NCBI GenBank assembly: GCA_051294375.1
Contig: CM119267.1
Span: 13,401,081 to 13,465,080, forward strand
DNA: 64,000 bases
Direction of reading: 5' to 3'
Source: Paraspadella gotoi
Taxonomy: Eukaryota; Animalia; Chaetognatha
Each line of letters opens with the position of its first letter. The stretch's first letter is position 1. Of this stretch, positions 53,478 through 64,000 are shown piece after piece. Made by a program: the position numbers and the translations under genes. Below the pieces are notes generated by a model, which made no database searches, was not told where the DNA came from, and worked only from the letters and a program-made list of their open reading frames with translations.

Positions 53478-54323
53478 AAAAACGAATTTTTTTGATCTTT
53501 AGAAATAAAAGGAAGAAGAAGTTTAAAAACGAAGATTTTCAAGAAAATTGCCAGGATGAAAAAAAGAAAGAAAAAAAGAAAAAATGGGGAAAAAAAGGAG
53601 AAATGTTTGGTGACAACAACAACGACAACAACAACAACCTTAACGAATCTTAAACTTACCTAAATCGTGACCTACGACTTAAGGTCAAATAAAATAGTTA
53701 ACTGACCACTAGATTCGTTTCGACTCTTATTGTTATTTTTACTATTGTCTTTTCTCTTTTTGTTATTGTCGTTTTTCTCTCTGAAAATGATTTTGATCAT
53801 TACATGTTGTAAATAAATTCGTGAAACGTCTTCTTATTTTCTTCTTTAAATTCCTGTCAAGTCATTTACCAAAAATGGGAGTTAAAATCAAATGAAAGAT
53901 GAATAGAATGATTAACATATGAACCACCTGCATAGCAATAGATAGAGATATAGATCAATTCAAATTAGGATAAAAAACAATAACTTTTATTAAGCTTATT
54001 TGCGATAAAAAAACAATGCGACTTTTGCCGACGACTACATACGAGTTTCCTCTTACGTATTCTTGACAAAAGTCGTGCGCAATTTTGCAAGAGAGAATTT
54101 TTTTTTCGCTTCGGATCCAAGATTTTTTAACTTCGCCGGAAGAATTTTCATATCGTGAGTGGATTCTCTCCCCTTTTTCTTTCAATTGCTTTCGTAGTTC
54201 CGTGATCGATTGCTGATTTCCTCCCAAGTTTATCAACTTTCTGGTGATGCAGTAAACTTGAGTTAAAATTAATCTGTTCATACAACTTTACATTCTCATT
54301 TCGTCGCCGTTTGCTTTTTTTTT

Positions 54324-55781
54324 TTTTAGTCGGATCTGTTTATAAGCAGGTCCCGACTATATAATTCACTTTGTCGGTCCGTCCCCTCAATATTGTCGGG
54401 CATTCACATATATCATGTCGAACTGTGATAAATTATGCAAAAAAAAAAAAAACGAGGTCCGTCTGCAGAAAATTGTTTTTCTAACTGGCGAGTCCGCACG
54501 TTTCGCGTTTCACCCATACCGAAATGTTTTGTTTTGTTTTGTTTCGCCAGTTAGAAAATCTCTACAATTTTCTGCAGTAAAAACGGTTTCTGCGGGCGAA
54601 ACAATATCGAATGAGTTTACAATTTAAACTGCATAATCTCACATTAAAGTCACGGAAATCGAGGCAGGAGAAAAGATTAGCCAAACGGAAAACTGGCCAC
54701 AGATAAAATTGGCTAAACTTATTGAAACGAGGTGAAACATCTTAACACCGTCCCACCTTAGCAAAAAACTCCAATTACTGGTGATTGGATGGATGGATTG
54801 GAATGAAATTTTGTGTGTGGGTAGGGAAGTGTGTGATTGAGCTAGATATGAAGTTTTGATGGAATCGTGAAAGTGGAAAAGAGTTTAAATGGAAAAAACA
54901 AAAAAAATATATTTCACTATTTGAACACCAATTACTCATGAGTGGAGGGGACGATTGGCTTGAAATTTTGTATATGAGTAGGAAAGTGTGTGATTAGCTG
55001 GTATTCAAGTTTCGATGGAATCGTCTGAGTGGAAATGAGTTTAATTGGAAAAAACAAAAAACCTGTTTCACTAATTGATTTTGCTTCCCTTTATTTTTAT
55101 ATTAAATGTAAATGCAAGATGTATTAATTAATCAGTCAATTAATAAATCAATTATTTATCTATTATTTAATTATTCAATCAATCAATTTATTCATCAATT
55201 AATTATCTAATCAATCAATCAATCAAGTCAATCGTTATTGGCAATATTGTCGTCGTCGCCATCATCGTCGTCGTTGCTTTTGTTGTGGTAAGTGACAAAA
55301 AGACCTAAAAACAAACATTATTAATTAATTTATTAATTAACTACCGCTAATGATCGTGCGAGTGGAATTGAGTTTAAATAGAAAAAACAAAAGTCATATT
55401 TACTTAAAGCATTTTTACTTATATTTACTCATAATTATTATATTTATATTATATATATATATTAAATTATGCCAGTTGACAAAATTATGCCCGATTACCA
55501 AATTATGTCAATTGATAAAATTATGCCAGTTGATTTAATTATGCAAGTTGATTAAATTTTGAAAGTTGACCAAATTATGCAAGTTGGTATTGGACAGCTA
55601 CTGTTAATGATTGATAGATCAATTGATTTCTAGATTTTTTCATAGATTTATTAGGTAGTCTTTTATGATTTGTTATAATCACAAATTGAGAGTCAGAAAA
55701 ATTACCATGATTTATCATCGGATAAGCTTATTACCGCTTAATTATCGTAGGCAGATCCGACATTGTTTGCTCAAACTTGTT
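54324..55781 (+). mobile_element. Helentron-associated/DINE-1-like element, family A (representative copy)
   Basis: 5' TTTTAGTCGGATCTG plus adjacent inverted repeat; 3' sub-terminal GCAGATCCGAC, then a GTTTG-CT-CAAAC hairpin ending CTTGTT; (GTCY)n microsatellite in most copies. Other copies or fragments at ~9053-9508, 11981-12758, 13670-15128, 30400-31360, 32860-33360, 41300-42030, 56183-57470, 57998-58040, 62200-62350 and 63725-64000. Confidence 0.75.
55464..55587. repeat. 18-bp tandem repeat, about 7 copies
   Basis: aaattatgccagttgaca-like units inside a family A element. Confidence 0.8.
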
Positions 55782-58640
55782 TTGTATTTTTTGTGTCGCA
55801 AGACTCGGAATTCCACTTTTGATTTTTGATGCAAGAGGGAAGAAAAAACAGCAGTCGCGACTCAAAAAAAAAACTTAAAAAAGAAAATTGGCAGAGATTA
55901 AAAGATTTCTCTTTCCCCTTCTTTCTTTTAAAGAAAATAAAAATAAAAAGGATTAAAAAAAAGCAAGATGGGAGGAAAAAAGGTGGATTGAGAGATTTCA
56001 AAGAAGCAGGATGTTTTTTCGTTAACCAAAAAAAAAATATCGTCTGAACCGGCGAGTGCCACTCGGAGCAATTAAATGAAATCATTCTTGGAATCAAATA
56101 TTTTATCTAGAGTAATTTTCAAATGAGTAGAGGTGAGAAAAAGTGAGCTAGATGATTACAAGAAAAGTAGCAATCAACAACCAACAAGTTTGAGCAGACA
56201 ATGCCTACCATAATTAAGCGTTATTAGCTAATCAGAAGTTAAATGATGATAATTCTTTCAATTTGTGATCATACCTATACCGTATCATACCAAGCCAGTA
56301 ATACAAAACAAATATTTTAGTCGACTCTATAATTCACTTTGTCGGTCCGCCCCTCAATCTTGTCGGCATTCACTTATATCATGCTGAACATCGAATTATG
56401 ATAAATTATGCAAAAAAAAACAAAAAAAACGATTCGTCCGTCAGTCGTGGTTGGATGGATGGTATTTGTGTGTGGGTAGGGAAGTGTATGATTGAGCTGA
56501 AAAAAAAATCTATTTCACTATTTGAACCAATTACTCATGAGTGGATGGATCGATTGACTTGAATTTTTTTATGTGGGTAGGAAATTGAGTGATTAAGCTG
56601 GAAATCAAGTTTTCATGGAAATGAAATGAAATGAATTTCGGATCTGCCCACAATCATTAGCGGTAATTAATTAATTAAATAATTAATACAAACTATATAA
56701 ACTAAAATAATAATAATAATAATTTAATAATTATTACAACTATGTAAACTAAAATAATAATATTAATTATAAATTAATTAATTTGATCCGAAATGTTTGT
56801 TTTTAGGTCTTTTTGCCACTGACCAGTGCCGATAATGAGTAACTTTATTGATTGAATAAATAATTTATAAATAAATTGATTGATTGAATAATTGATTGAT
56901 TAATTGACTGATTAATTAATGATTAATTAATTGACTAATTAATTAATTAACTGATTAATTAATACATCTTGCATTTACATTTAAAATAAAAATAAAAAGA
57001 AGCATAATCAATTAGTGAAACAGGTTCTTTGTTTTTTCCATTTAAACTCATTTCCAACCAAACGGTTCCGTCGAAACTTGATTTCCAGTTTAATCACACA
57101 CTTTTCTACCCAAATACAAAATTTCAAGTCAATCGCCCCATCCACTCATGAGTAATTGGTGTTCAAATAGTGAAATATATTTTTTTGTTTTTTCCATTTA
57201 AACTCATTTCCACTCGCACGATTCCATTGAAACTTCATATCTTACCTACCCACACACCAAATTTCATTCCAATCCATCCATCCAATCACAAGCAATTGGA
57301 GTTTTTTGCTAAGGTGGGACGGACAGACAGACAAACGGACGGACATCTTTTTTTTGCATAATTTATCATTATTCAATGTTTTGACATGATATTAGCGAAT
57401 GCCCGACAAGATTGAGGGGGCGGACCAACAAGACCGACAAAGTGAATTATCAAGCCAGGATCTGCTGATAAAAAACTCCTGGTCACGGCACCCCCCCCCC
57501 AAAAAAAAAAACTTTTTTGCTGGGACTGTTTATTGTTTAAGATTCAGCCTTAGCCCCGCTTAATGGGAAAAGGGGGCTAAAATTTTATTACGGCACATCG
57601 AATCATCGTTTGAGGTTTGGAAGTCGCATAGCTCTCCCCCTGTTAAAACCACTGAGCTGTTTAAATTATGGGTGGTTAATGTTTCGTGATTAACTTACCT
57701 TTTTTATCGTTACACTTACGCGGCACGATAAGTGGGTAAAATTACGCGCATTGTGTCAGTCTAAGCTCTCTTCTCAGCCGGGCATCCGAAACAATTATTA
57801 AATGTTGATCTCCTGATTTGGTTTGGCGTTTGCGTCAGAGGGTTTGTTTACATTTATTTAGACTGGCGGCGAGAATCAATGGTAAAAATTAATTTTGTCA
57901 AATAACCATATTTCTCGGAAAAAAAAATCTTGTTTACTAATTTGGGTAATGTTGAAAAAATTTAGACGAGAACTGCACCTATCTTAGATTCATAGGGGAA
58001 CAAGTTTGAGCAAACAATGTCGGATCTGCTCACGATCATTATCGATAATTAATTATTTTTTAAAAAATTAAAAAGTAATCAAAATTATTATGAGTGAAAT
58101 ATTCTTCAGTATTTGGGCAGAAATTTCGAGCATTTTGTGCCATATAGTACTACTACCTCACAGTTACGCGCTGTACTAAGTAGTATTTAATATCTAATCA
58201 GTTAATGTAAGAAGTAAAGTGAACTAAGAAGATTTAAGCAATCAAATATGGTTTCACCTGAGCAGTATTTTTTTTTTAAAAATTGTATCCAGTTTATTTT
58301 TTTCTTTCGTTTGTCGAGATAATGAAATAAAAAAGCGGAATAATCATTTTTATTTCGGGAAAAATTAGTTGCGGAAAAAAATTATTTGAGCAAATCCGTT
58401 TGCAAAGCGAAGTAAATAGATTTCAAAAGGATTTCAATTTAAAATTCAACGTTGACAATTTTATTTGCAGAAGCAGAAAGGAAAAGAGATTAAAATTTAC
58501 GAGAACAAGAAACGCACTGAAAAAAATACAAATGTGAGTAAATAGAAGAAGATGAAAATAAACATAAAACGAGATGGAACAATTCGGAAGAAGTGGGATT
58601 CAAGAAAAACCTTGTGGTCAAAAAGAAAGATAGAAAATTT

Positions 58641-60144
58641 AAAAAAATCTTAAAAGCATAAGGATCGTCGCAATCGCATAAGAAAAATCTGGATTGAGAC
58701 AAATTTTGATATTAAAAAAAAGAAAATTTGAGAAAAGAAAATTAATTTATAAACTGAAAGAAAAATTCTATTTTGCGATTGTCAATTAAAAAAAAAATAA
58801 AGTACCGAGGAAAATTAAAGTTACAGTTACTGAAAAAAAATATTTTTTTTTGTTATTGTCAAATAAACTGATCAGCAGACGCAGTCCCTGAGAAAAAAAA
58901 CGAAATAAAAACCAGATGTTGCGATAGTAAAATGATAACATGCACGAATGCCATGCCTAATTTTACGAGTTCAATCCTAATTCAATTTTTTTTTTAATAA
59001 AAACGCAGAAAGAGAAAAAGAGAGAGAGAGAGAAAAAGAAAGAAATCAAAAGGCTGCAGCAGAAGCAGCAAGAGAAAAGAGTGAGCCACTGCAGAGCCAG
59101 CTGCAGACTCAGAAGGCAGCAGCAGAAGCAGCAGGAGAAAAGAGAGAAAAAGAATAAACCCCTGCAGAGCCAGCTGCAGACTCTTTTTTTTTCCCTTTAT
59201 CTATGAATCAGTGACTAGGGAAAAGAGAGAGGGAGAGAGACGTATTGATGAGACAGTAATTATTGATAAGTGTTAATGACAGAACCGTTCAATATAAGAA
59301 GTCCCTGAGCTTCGGATCAGGCTGTAACACCATGTTACAGGCGGGTTAAGCGCCCCATCTTTCTTAACTGCCAGACGACCACGGCGAGAAACCCGGACCT
59401 TTGGGTTGGGAGGCGAATGACTTGCTTCCGGCACAATGGCCGCTGATGAACGGTTGGTGGATTTTAGTCCACCATACATCCCCCCTCCCATAGGGAGAAG
59501 TCTGTTGCGTCTCTTCAGTGAATTGTTGTTGTTGGTGGAAAGTTCGTCACCAAGTTGAGGCATGTCGCCTGATGTGTTGTGGGCGGAAAGTGCATCGCCA
59601 GGTTGAGGCATGTCGCCTGAAAGTGTTGTTGTTGCTGTTGTGTTCGGAAGTCGGCTCACCAATGAAGAGACAGTAATTATTGATAAGGTTAATGACAGAA
59701 CGTTCAATATAAGCAGTCCCTGAGCTTCGGATCAGGCTGTAACACCATGTTACAGGCGGGTTAAGCGCCCCGTCCCTCTTAACTGCCAGACGACCACCGG
59801 GCTAAAAACCCGGACCTTTGGGTTGGGAGGCGAATGACTTGCCTCCGGCACCAATGGCGCCTGATGAACGGTTGGTGGATTTTAGTCCACCATAGTATGA
59901 AAATAAAAGAGAGAAAATTTGTTTGTTTGATAAAACGTAAACAAAACATTTAATAACTGTCTAGACTCAATTTTAAGCACATCGATGATGAGAAGCAGTA
60001 TATAAATTTTCAGCTTCATACACCCAAATTTAATCATAAAAAAGGCGATCTATAATTTGGAACGCCGACAACGACGACGACGCCACTTATGGGCAAAACC
60101 ACAGCAAAATCGTCGCAATCGCCTTTGCGATTGCGACGATAAAA
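58641..60144 (-). mobile_element. Helentron-associated/DINE-1-like element, family C (host of TRIM family 2)
   Basis: Minus-strand 5' palindrome ATCGTCGCAATCGC-aaag-GCGATTGCGACGAT; 3' sub-terminal GCGATTGCGACGAT...TTAAGATTTT. Other copies at ~36335-37350, 39705-41300 and 23215-24230. Confidence 0.72.
59246..59894 (-). mobile_element. near-complete TRIM (family 2), Helenus-like
   Basis: LTRs 59246-59478 and 59663-59894 (outer terminal CA lost). Minus-strand PBS TGGTGAGCCGAC (59650-59661), PPT GGGAGGGGGGA (59479-59489), 4-bp TSD GTAT (59242-59245 and 59895-59898). Nested in a family C element; the homologous position near 37110 lacks the insert. Confidence 0.9.
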
Positions 60145-60768
60145 ATCCTTATTGAAGAGAAGTTTGTTGTCTTTAGGCCGAGGAATTGACCAAAAGGTGC
60201 AAAGCAGGCAGGAAAGATGTTTCCACAATTTTTTAAAGCCAACACATTCATTTCGATTGTTAAGATTCCGAAACCGATTGAAGTTAACTGTGAAAAATGA
60301 ATTGTAATATTAAACTTTAGATTGTTTTAAGTGACATTTTGTAGATCTCAGATTTGATAAGTTTTTTCGGAAAATCATAAATAAAATAAATATAAATAAA
60401 ATAAATAAAGATAGTGAAACAAGTAATTTTTCAACTTATATATATATATGAAATAGGTACAACCAATATAATAATATATAATATACTATACCCTCCAATA
60501 ACGTGAAACTAAAAGGATCAATATCAATCCCGGTTTTCTCTTTCAAAGCCAAAAAAAGCGTAAAAAAGAGACGAAGGGCAGACGTCTCATTGGTTGACAA
60601 ATTGTTTTCCACTGACGATGGCGCTGCTCTTAACTTGAAATCCCTTTCGAGTCTGTATAACTAAAAACTAGACATTATTTTGATTGTATCATTTCTTTCT
60701 TTCGTTGTGTTTATAATATTTAGTGAGAAAAAGTAATTCTTTAACACCAACGATTTTTATTAATAGTT

Positions 60769-60813
60769 AAGCAGACATGTTTCGACTTTGTATGCAAGTC
60801 TTCATGAGTGCTT
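60769..60813 (-). ncRNA. minimal hammerhead motif with mutated core (probably inactive)
   Basis: AAGCA-CTCATGA-a-gactt(gcataca)aagtc-GAAAC-AT-GTC-TGCTT: perfect stems I and II, but the core reads CTCATGA instead of CTGATGA. Followed by the same aataaa(a)atcgttg and tail sequence as the other copies. Confidence 0.6.
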
Positions 60814-61893
60814 ATTATCGAGCCTACCGGCGAAGCCGGTTCAGGCTCGATATTGATTCGGGTGAGCTTTTTGTGACGTCGTCGGCGTCGTCGTCGTTCA
60901 TCAACGCATTTTTATATAAAAACTACTACGCTTTTATAGTTTTGGCTGGGACTTAGCTTTTTTTTTTAAATAAAAATTATTATAAATTACAATGAAATTT
61001 TATTAAAGTATGCTATCATAGTAAGTTAAAAATTTAGATATGGCTTCTCATCTTGAAATAGCTCTGAAATTTTCATATTACATTTGGATTCAAGTATTTT
61101 TTGATTGAATTTCCACTTCATTATGATTTACTGCAAATGAGATTATAGTACTCATTATATATCCAAATTAGTATATAGAAATATATATAGAAGCTATATC
61201 TTAACTGGGAAGATGGGTATTTAGCTAAAGGTAGGTTCTAACTAGTCTCTCATCAGGGAAAAGAGGTAAGTAGGGTAAGTATGTAATGGTAATAGGAAAA
61301 CAGATATAACAAAGGGTATCAAGGGTACATAAAAGGGAGAGAAGGGAGAGGGAAGGTTTGCAGACTCTATCCGTGACTCCGGGGATGAAGAGGAGGGGAC
61401 GACGAGGGGAGGAGGAGGCGTTGAGAGGGGGAAGAGAAGGCCCGGGGGAGAGAGAGGTTCTGGCGGTAAGGTGATCCTCTATCTTGCTTAATTTTAATAC
61501 AAATAAAAATAAAATCTTTTACAAGCTATGATTGAAAAAAATTGTAAAACGATGAGACTGGTAATCATATTAAAGCCATGATTATGGGGTATCTTTTCCA
61601 TATAATTTTTCTCAAACGTTTCAAAGTATTTTTCTTTATTTTGTATCGGAATCTTAGTCAAAAGTATAACTTTTGAAATTAAATTAAACATACTTGGCCG
61701 TATTTAAAAAAATAAAAAATTATAGATTCTTAAAGAGAAAAGATTGAATTATGTTTCTGATGTAATCAAAGATTTTCTATACCTCAAACGTTTATACTAA
61801 GGATAATAAATTATCATTTTTTTGAAAAGAAAAAATAAGTAAAAAATCATGTAGAAACCTTAAGTAACATATGATTTAAATATGAAAATTTAA

Positions 61894-62120
61894 GGAGTGT
61901 AACGAAAATTCGTTTTTGAACAACAATTAATTAAATTTATAAGGACATGTCTCGACTCTATGTTTCGAGTCTTCATCATTTGATATTTTCACTTTCTGAT
62001 GAAGACTCGAAACATAGAGTCGAAACATGTCCTTATAAACCTAATCAATTGTTGTTCAAAAACGAATTTTTGTTACACTCCTTAAATCTAAACAAACAAC
62101 AAAAAAGAAAGGTCAAATAC
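61894..62120 (+). mobile_element. ultra-short Penelope-like fold-back insert with hammerhead core
   Basis: Inverted arms 61888-61978 and 61997-62087; CTGATGA-a-gactc...gagtc-GAAACATGTC at 61996-62031; 33-bp tail; 15-bp direct repeat AATATGAAAATTTAA (61879-61893 and 62121-62135). Confidence 0.75.
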
Positions 62121-64000
62121 AATATGAAAATTTAAAAGTTCAAACTTTGTTCCCCCTGATTTAAAAACTACTGACATAGGGCTAAACGACTGAATATATT
62201 TTTTTGTTTTTTCCATTTTAACTCGGACGATTCCATCAAAACTTGATTTCCAGCTCAATCACACATTTTCCTACCCACACACAAAATTTCATTCCAATCC
62301 ATGCATAAAATCACGAGTAAATGGTATTTTTTGCTAAGGGAGGACGGACAGATAGACGTCGTCGTCGTTATCGTCTGCATCACGCTTTTTATCTCGCCAA
62401 GGAATCTTGGCGAGATAATGCGAAGGGGACGCTTCTTTGTCACGTAGTCGTCGTCGTCGGCGTTACGCTTTTTATCGAGCCTACCGGCGAAGCCGGTTCA
62501 GGCTCGATATTGTTTTGGGTGAGCTTTTTTGTGACGTCTCGTCGGCGTCACGCTTTTTTGTATAAAAACTACTACGCTTTTATGGCAGTGATTTCTATCG
62601 AGGAATTCAGCAAAAAAACCACTTTTTGCAATATTGCTAGAATATTATCAACAGAATTGATTAAATTTGAACCCAAAAACAAAGTGGGCTGGACTACGGA
62701 TTAATTAAAATCATCTGCTGCATTTTCTAATCAAGAATCGATATAATTTTTGCTACTTTCAATAACAAAAATTATGTCCATTTTTGTCCATTTTGACTTT
62801 GGTCGTGATTTGAACTTCAAGATCATTAAAGAAAATTTTTTTACTCCAGATTTCGGGTACTTCTTATCTTCTTTACCACTGAGTCGGTTCATTTGCCGTT
62901 GGTCATCCATTGTTTGCCTATGAATTAATTTTTAAATTGACTAGTCAAAAAATTACATTTTTACATTTTATTACAATTTGTTAAACGAAAATACTTAAAA
63001 ATGTCCATGAATCTAATCAAATATTCCCTTTCAACGGTGATTCTGGTACCTAAAAAATTGGAGCAAAAAATTTAGCTATGATTGGAAAAAATTGTAACAA
63101 TTTCCAATTGTAAACAATTGTAACATTTTTTTCCTTTCTTTTATTTTTTTAAATTTTATATATATTTTTCTTCCTATTTTTGTCAGTTGCTGCCTTTTCT
63201 GAACCTTTTAAAAACGAGTTCAGGCTCTGCAGTGACTGTACAGCTGCCTTCCAGCGGCTGTCCAGCTTTCTCTTTCTCTGTCTGTCTCTTTCTCTCTCTG
63301 TCTTTCTGTCTCACTCTCTCTCTGTACGATCGTGATCGTTTTTTAAAAACTTTTATTATCGCCATTTATTCCGCGCTTTTTTCTCAATGCAAAATCCTAA
63401 ATTTACATCCAAGATTTTCGTGGATTTATTCTCTTTCTTTCTCTCTCTCTCTTTCTCTCTCTTTCACTCATACATGGATTTGTTTGTTTTATTTATGATG
63501 AATGATTCATTGGGTCAATGAATGATTATCATCACATCAATGACTATCATCGCATCAATTATTTGGTTATTATCACATCAATCATTTGGTTATCATCCAT
63601 CGTTCATTTGTTATCATCTCATCAATTATTGGTTATCATCGCATCAATATTTGGTTATCATCGCATCAATATTTGGTTATCATTGGAGGGGCTCAATCCT
63701 ATTCTTTTAATTTTTTTGGTTTTTTTTAGTCGGATCTGCTTATAAGCAGATCACGACTCTAAATTCACTTTGTCGGTCCGTCGGTCCGCCCCTCAATATT
63801 GTCGGGCACTCACTTATATCATGTCAGAACATCGAATTATGATAAATTATGCAAAAAAAACGATGTCCGTCCGTCCGACCGTCGTCCGTCCCACCTTAGC
63901 AAAAAACACCAATTACTCGTGATTGGATGAATGGATTGGAATGAAATTTTGTGTGTGGTAGGGAAGTGTGTGAATGAGCTGTATATGAAGTTTCGATGAA

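Noticed and set aside
54057-54240. Possible minus-strand coding exon (cag|...|gtaaga)
   Set aside because: The frame is open but has no recognisable homology and splices into a stop in the next candidate exon; at most UTR.
59380-59480. Hammerhead ribozyme (retrozyme) in TRIM family 2 LTRs (GAAA...CTGATGA)
   Set aside because: Stem I cannot form, GAAA is absent from the second LTR and CTGATGA is absent from the 35337 copy.

Overview
AT-rich, repeat-dense eukaryotic (probably invertebrate animal) genomic DNA; the organism cannot be identified from the sequence. The main gene is a DAAM-type formin on the minus strand. Seven GC-rich coding exons (25685 to 6746) splice in frame through GT-AG sites and encode the IPDD motif, FH1 and most of FH2; the 3' end runs off the window. 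Candidate upstream exons lie at about 45 kb and 48 kb, but no GBD/FH3 exons were recognised. The rest is small non-autonomous mobile elements: (1) three related families of miniature LTR retrotransposons (TRIMs) with 4-bp TSDs, a shared TGGTGAGCC primer-binding site and tRNA-like A/B boxes plus hairpins inside the LTRs (Helenus-like); (2) two copies of a Transib/RAG-like element with CACAGTG termini, 5-bp TSDs and asymmetric RSS-like ends; (3) tiny Penelope-like inserts with minimal hammerhead ribozyme motifs, inverted pseudo-LTRs, a ~33-bp tail and 14-15-bp TSDs; (4) at least three Helentron/DINE-1-like families; (5) a hAT MITE and a fold-back element. Most ORFs in the supplied track are microsatellite or repeat artefacts. 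All homologies were judged by eye.
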